Part shown: positions 63,907 through 64,000 of the stretch, one piece after another | How positions within the stretch are numbered: the first letter of the stretch is position 1 | How the letters are laid out: each line of letters begins with the position of its first letter | Assembly (NCBI GenBank): GCA_041687695.1 | Contig: JAWLBL010000028.1 | Span: forward strand, 59,860-123,859 | From: Myxococcota bacterium | GTDB taxonomy: Bacteria; Myxococcota_A; UBA9042; PHBI01; JAWLBL01 | Direction of reading: 5' to 3' | Length of the DNA stretch: 64,000 bases | Notes under the pieces: generated by a model | Seen by the model: the letters and a program-made list of their open reading frames with translations, nothing else | Told to the model about the DNA's origin: nothing | The model's database searches: none | Translations under genes and position numbers: made by a program

Positions 63907-64000
63907 GAGCCTGTAGCGAATAGATTTCGCAGTCGATCCGGGCGATTAGCGATCGACGTGCCGACCGTACCGTGATCTACTCGGGGGCATGGGTGCAAGG
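63907..64000 (+). mobile_element. Possible left end of an IS5-like insertion sequence
   Basis: CTAG followed by GAGCCTGTAGCGAATAGATT, locally lower GC, ATG at 63989; the rest lies outside the window. Confidence 0.25.

Overview
Very GC-rich bacterial DNA. Lipoproteins, MYXO-CTERM-like tails, TSP3 repeats and MxcH/MxcI-like fragments point to a Myxococcota-like organism (inference). I see about 35 genes and no rRNA, tRNA or CRISPR. Housekeeping or common genes include speA, a YciO/TsaC-family protein, a P-type ATPase, MATE, MMPL and ABC transporters, an FKBP, and three histidine kinases, one with 14 HAMP-repeat units. Most notable: (1) an 11.3-kb gene for a giant surface adhesin joined, through an internal MYXO-CTERM-like motif and a second signal-like segment, to a TraB-like OmpA barrel module; (2) an orphan LynF/TruF/PatF-like prenyltransferase; (3) a collapsed TonB iron-uptake operon with several deletion junctions, including an in-frame ExbB'-'TonB chimera; (4) a 172-bp MITE-like element inserted with a TCCAG duplication into a REP hairpin; (5) a translationally coupled Kazal inhibitor and trypsin pair; (6) a pseudokinase upstream of speA; (7) SSUH2-like and AAC4-like domains. 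All family calls come from recognising motifs by eye, with no database search.
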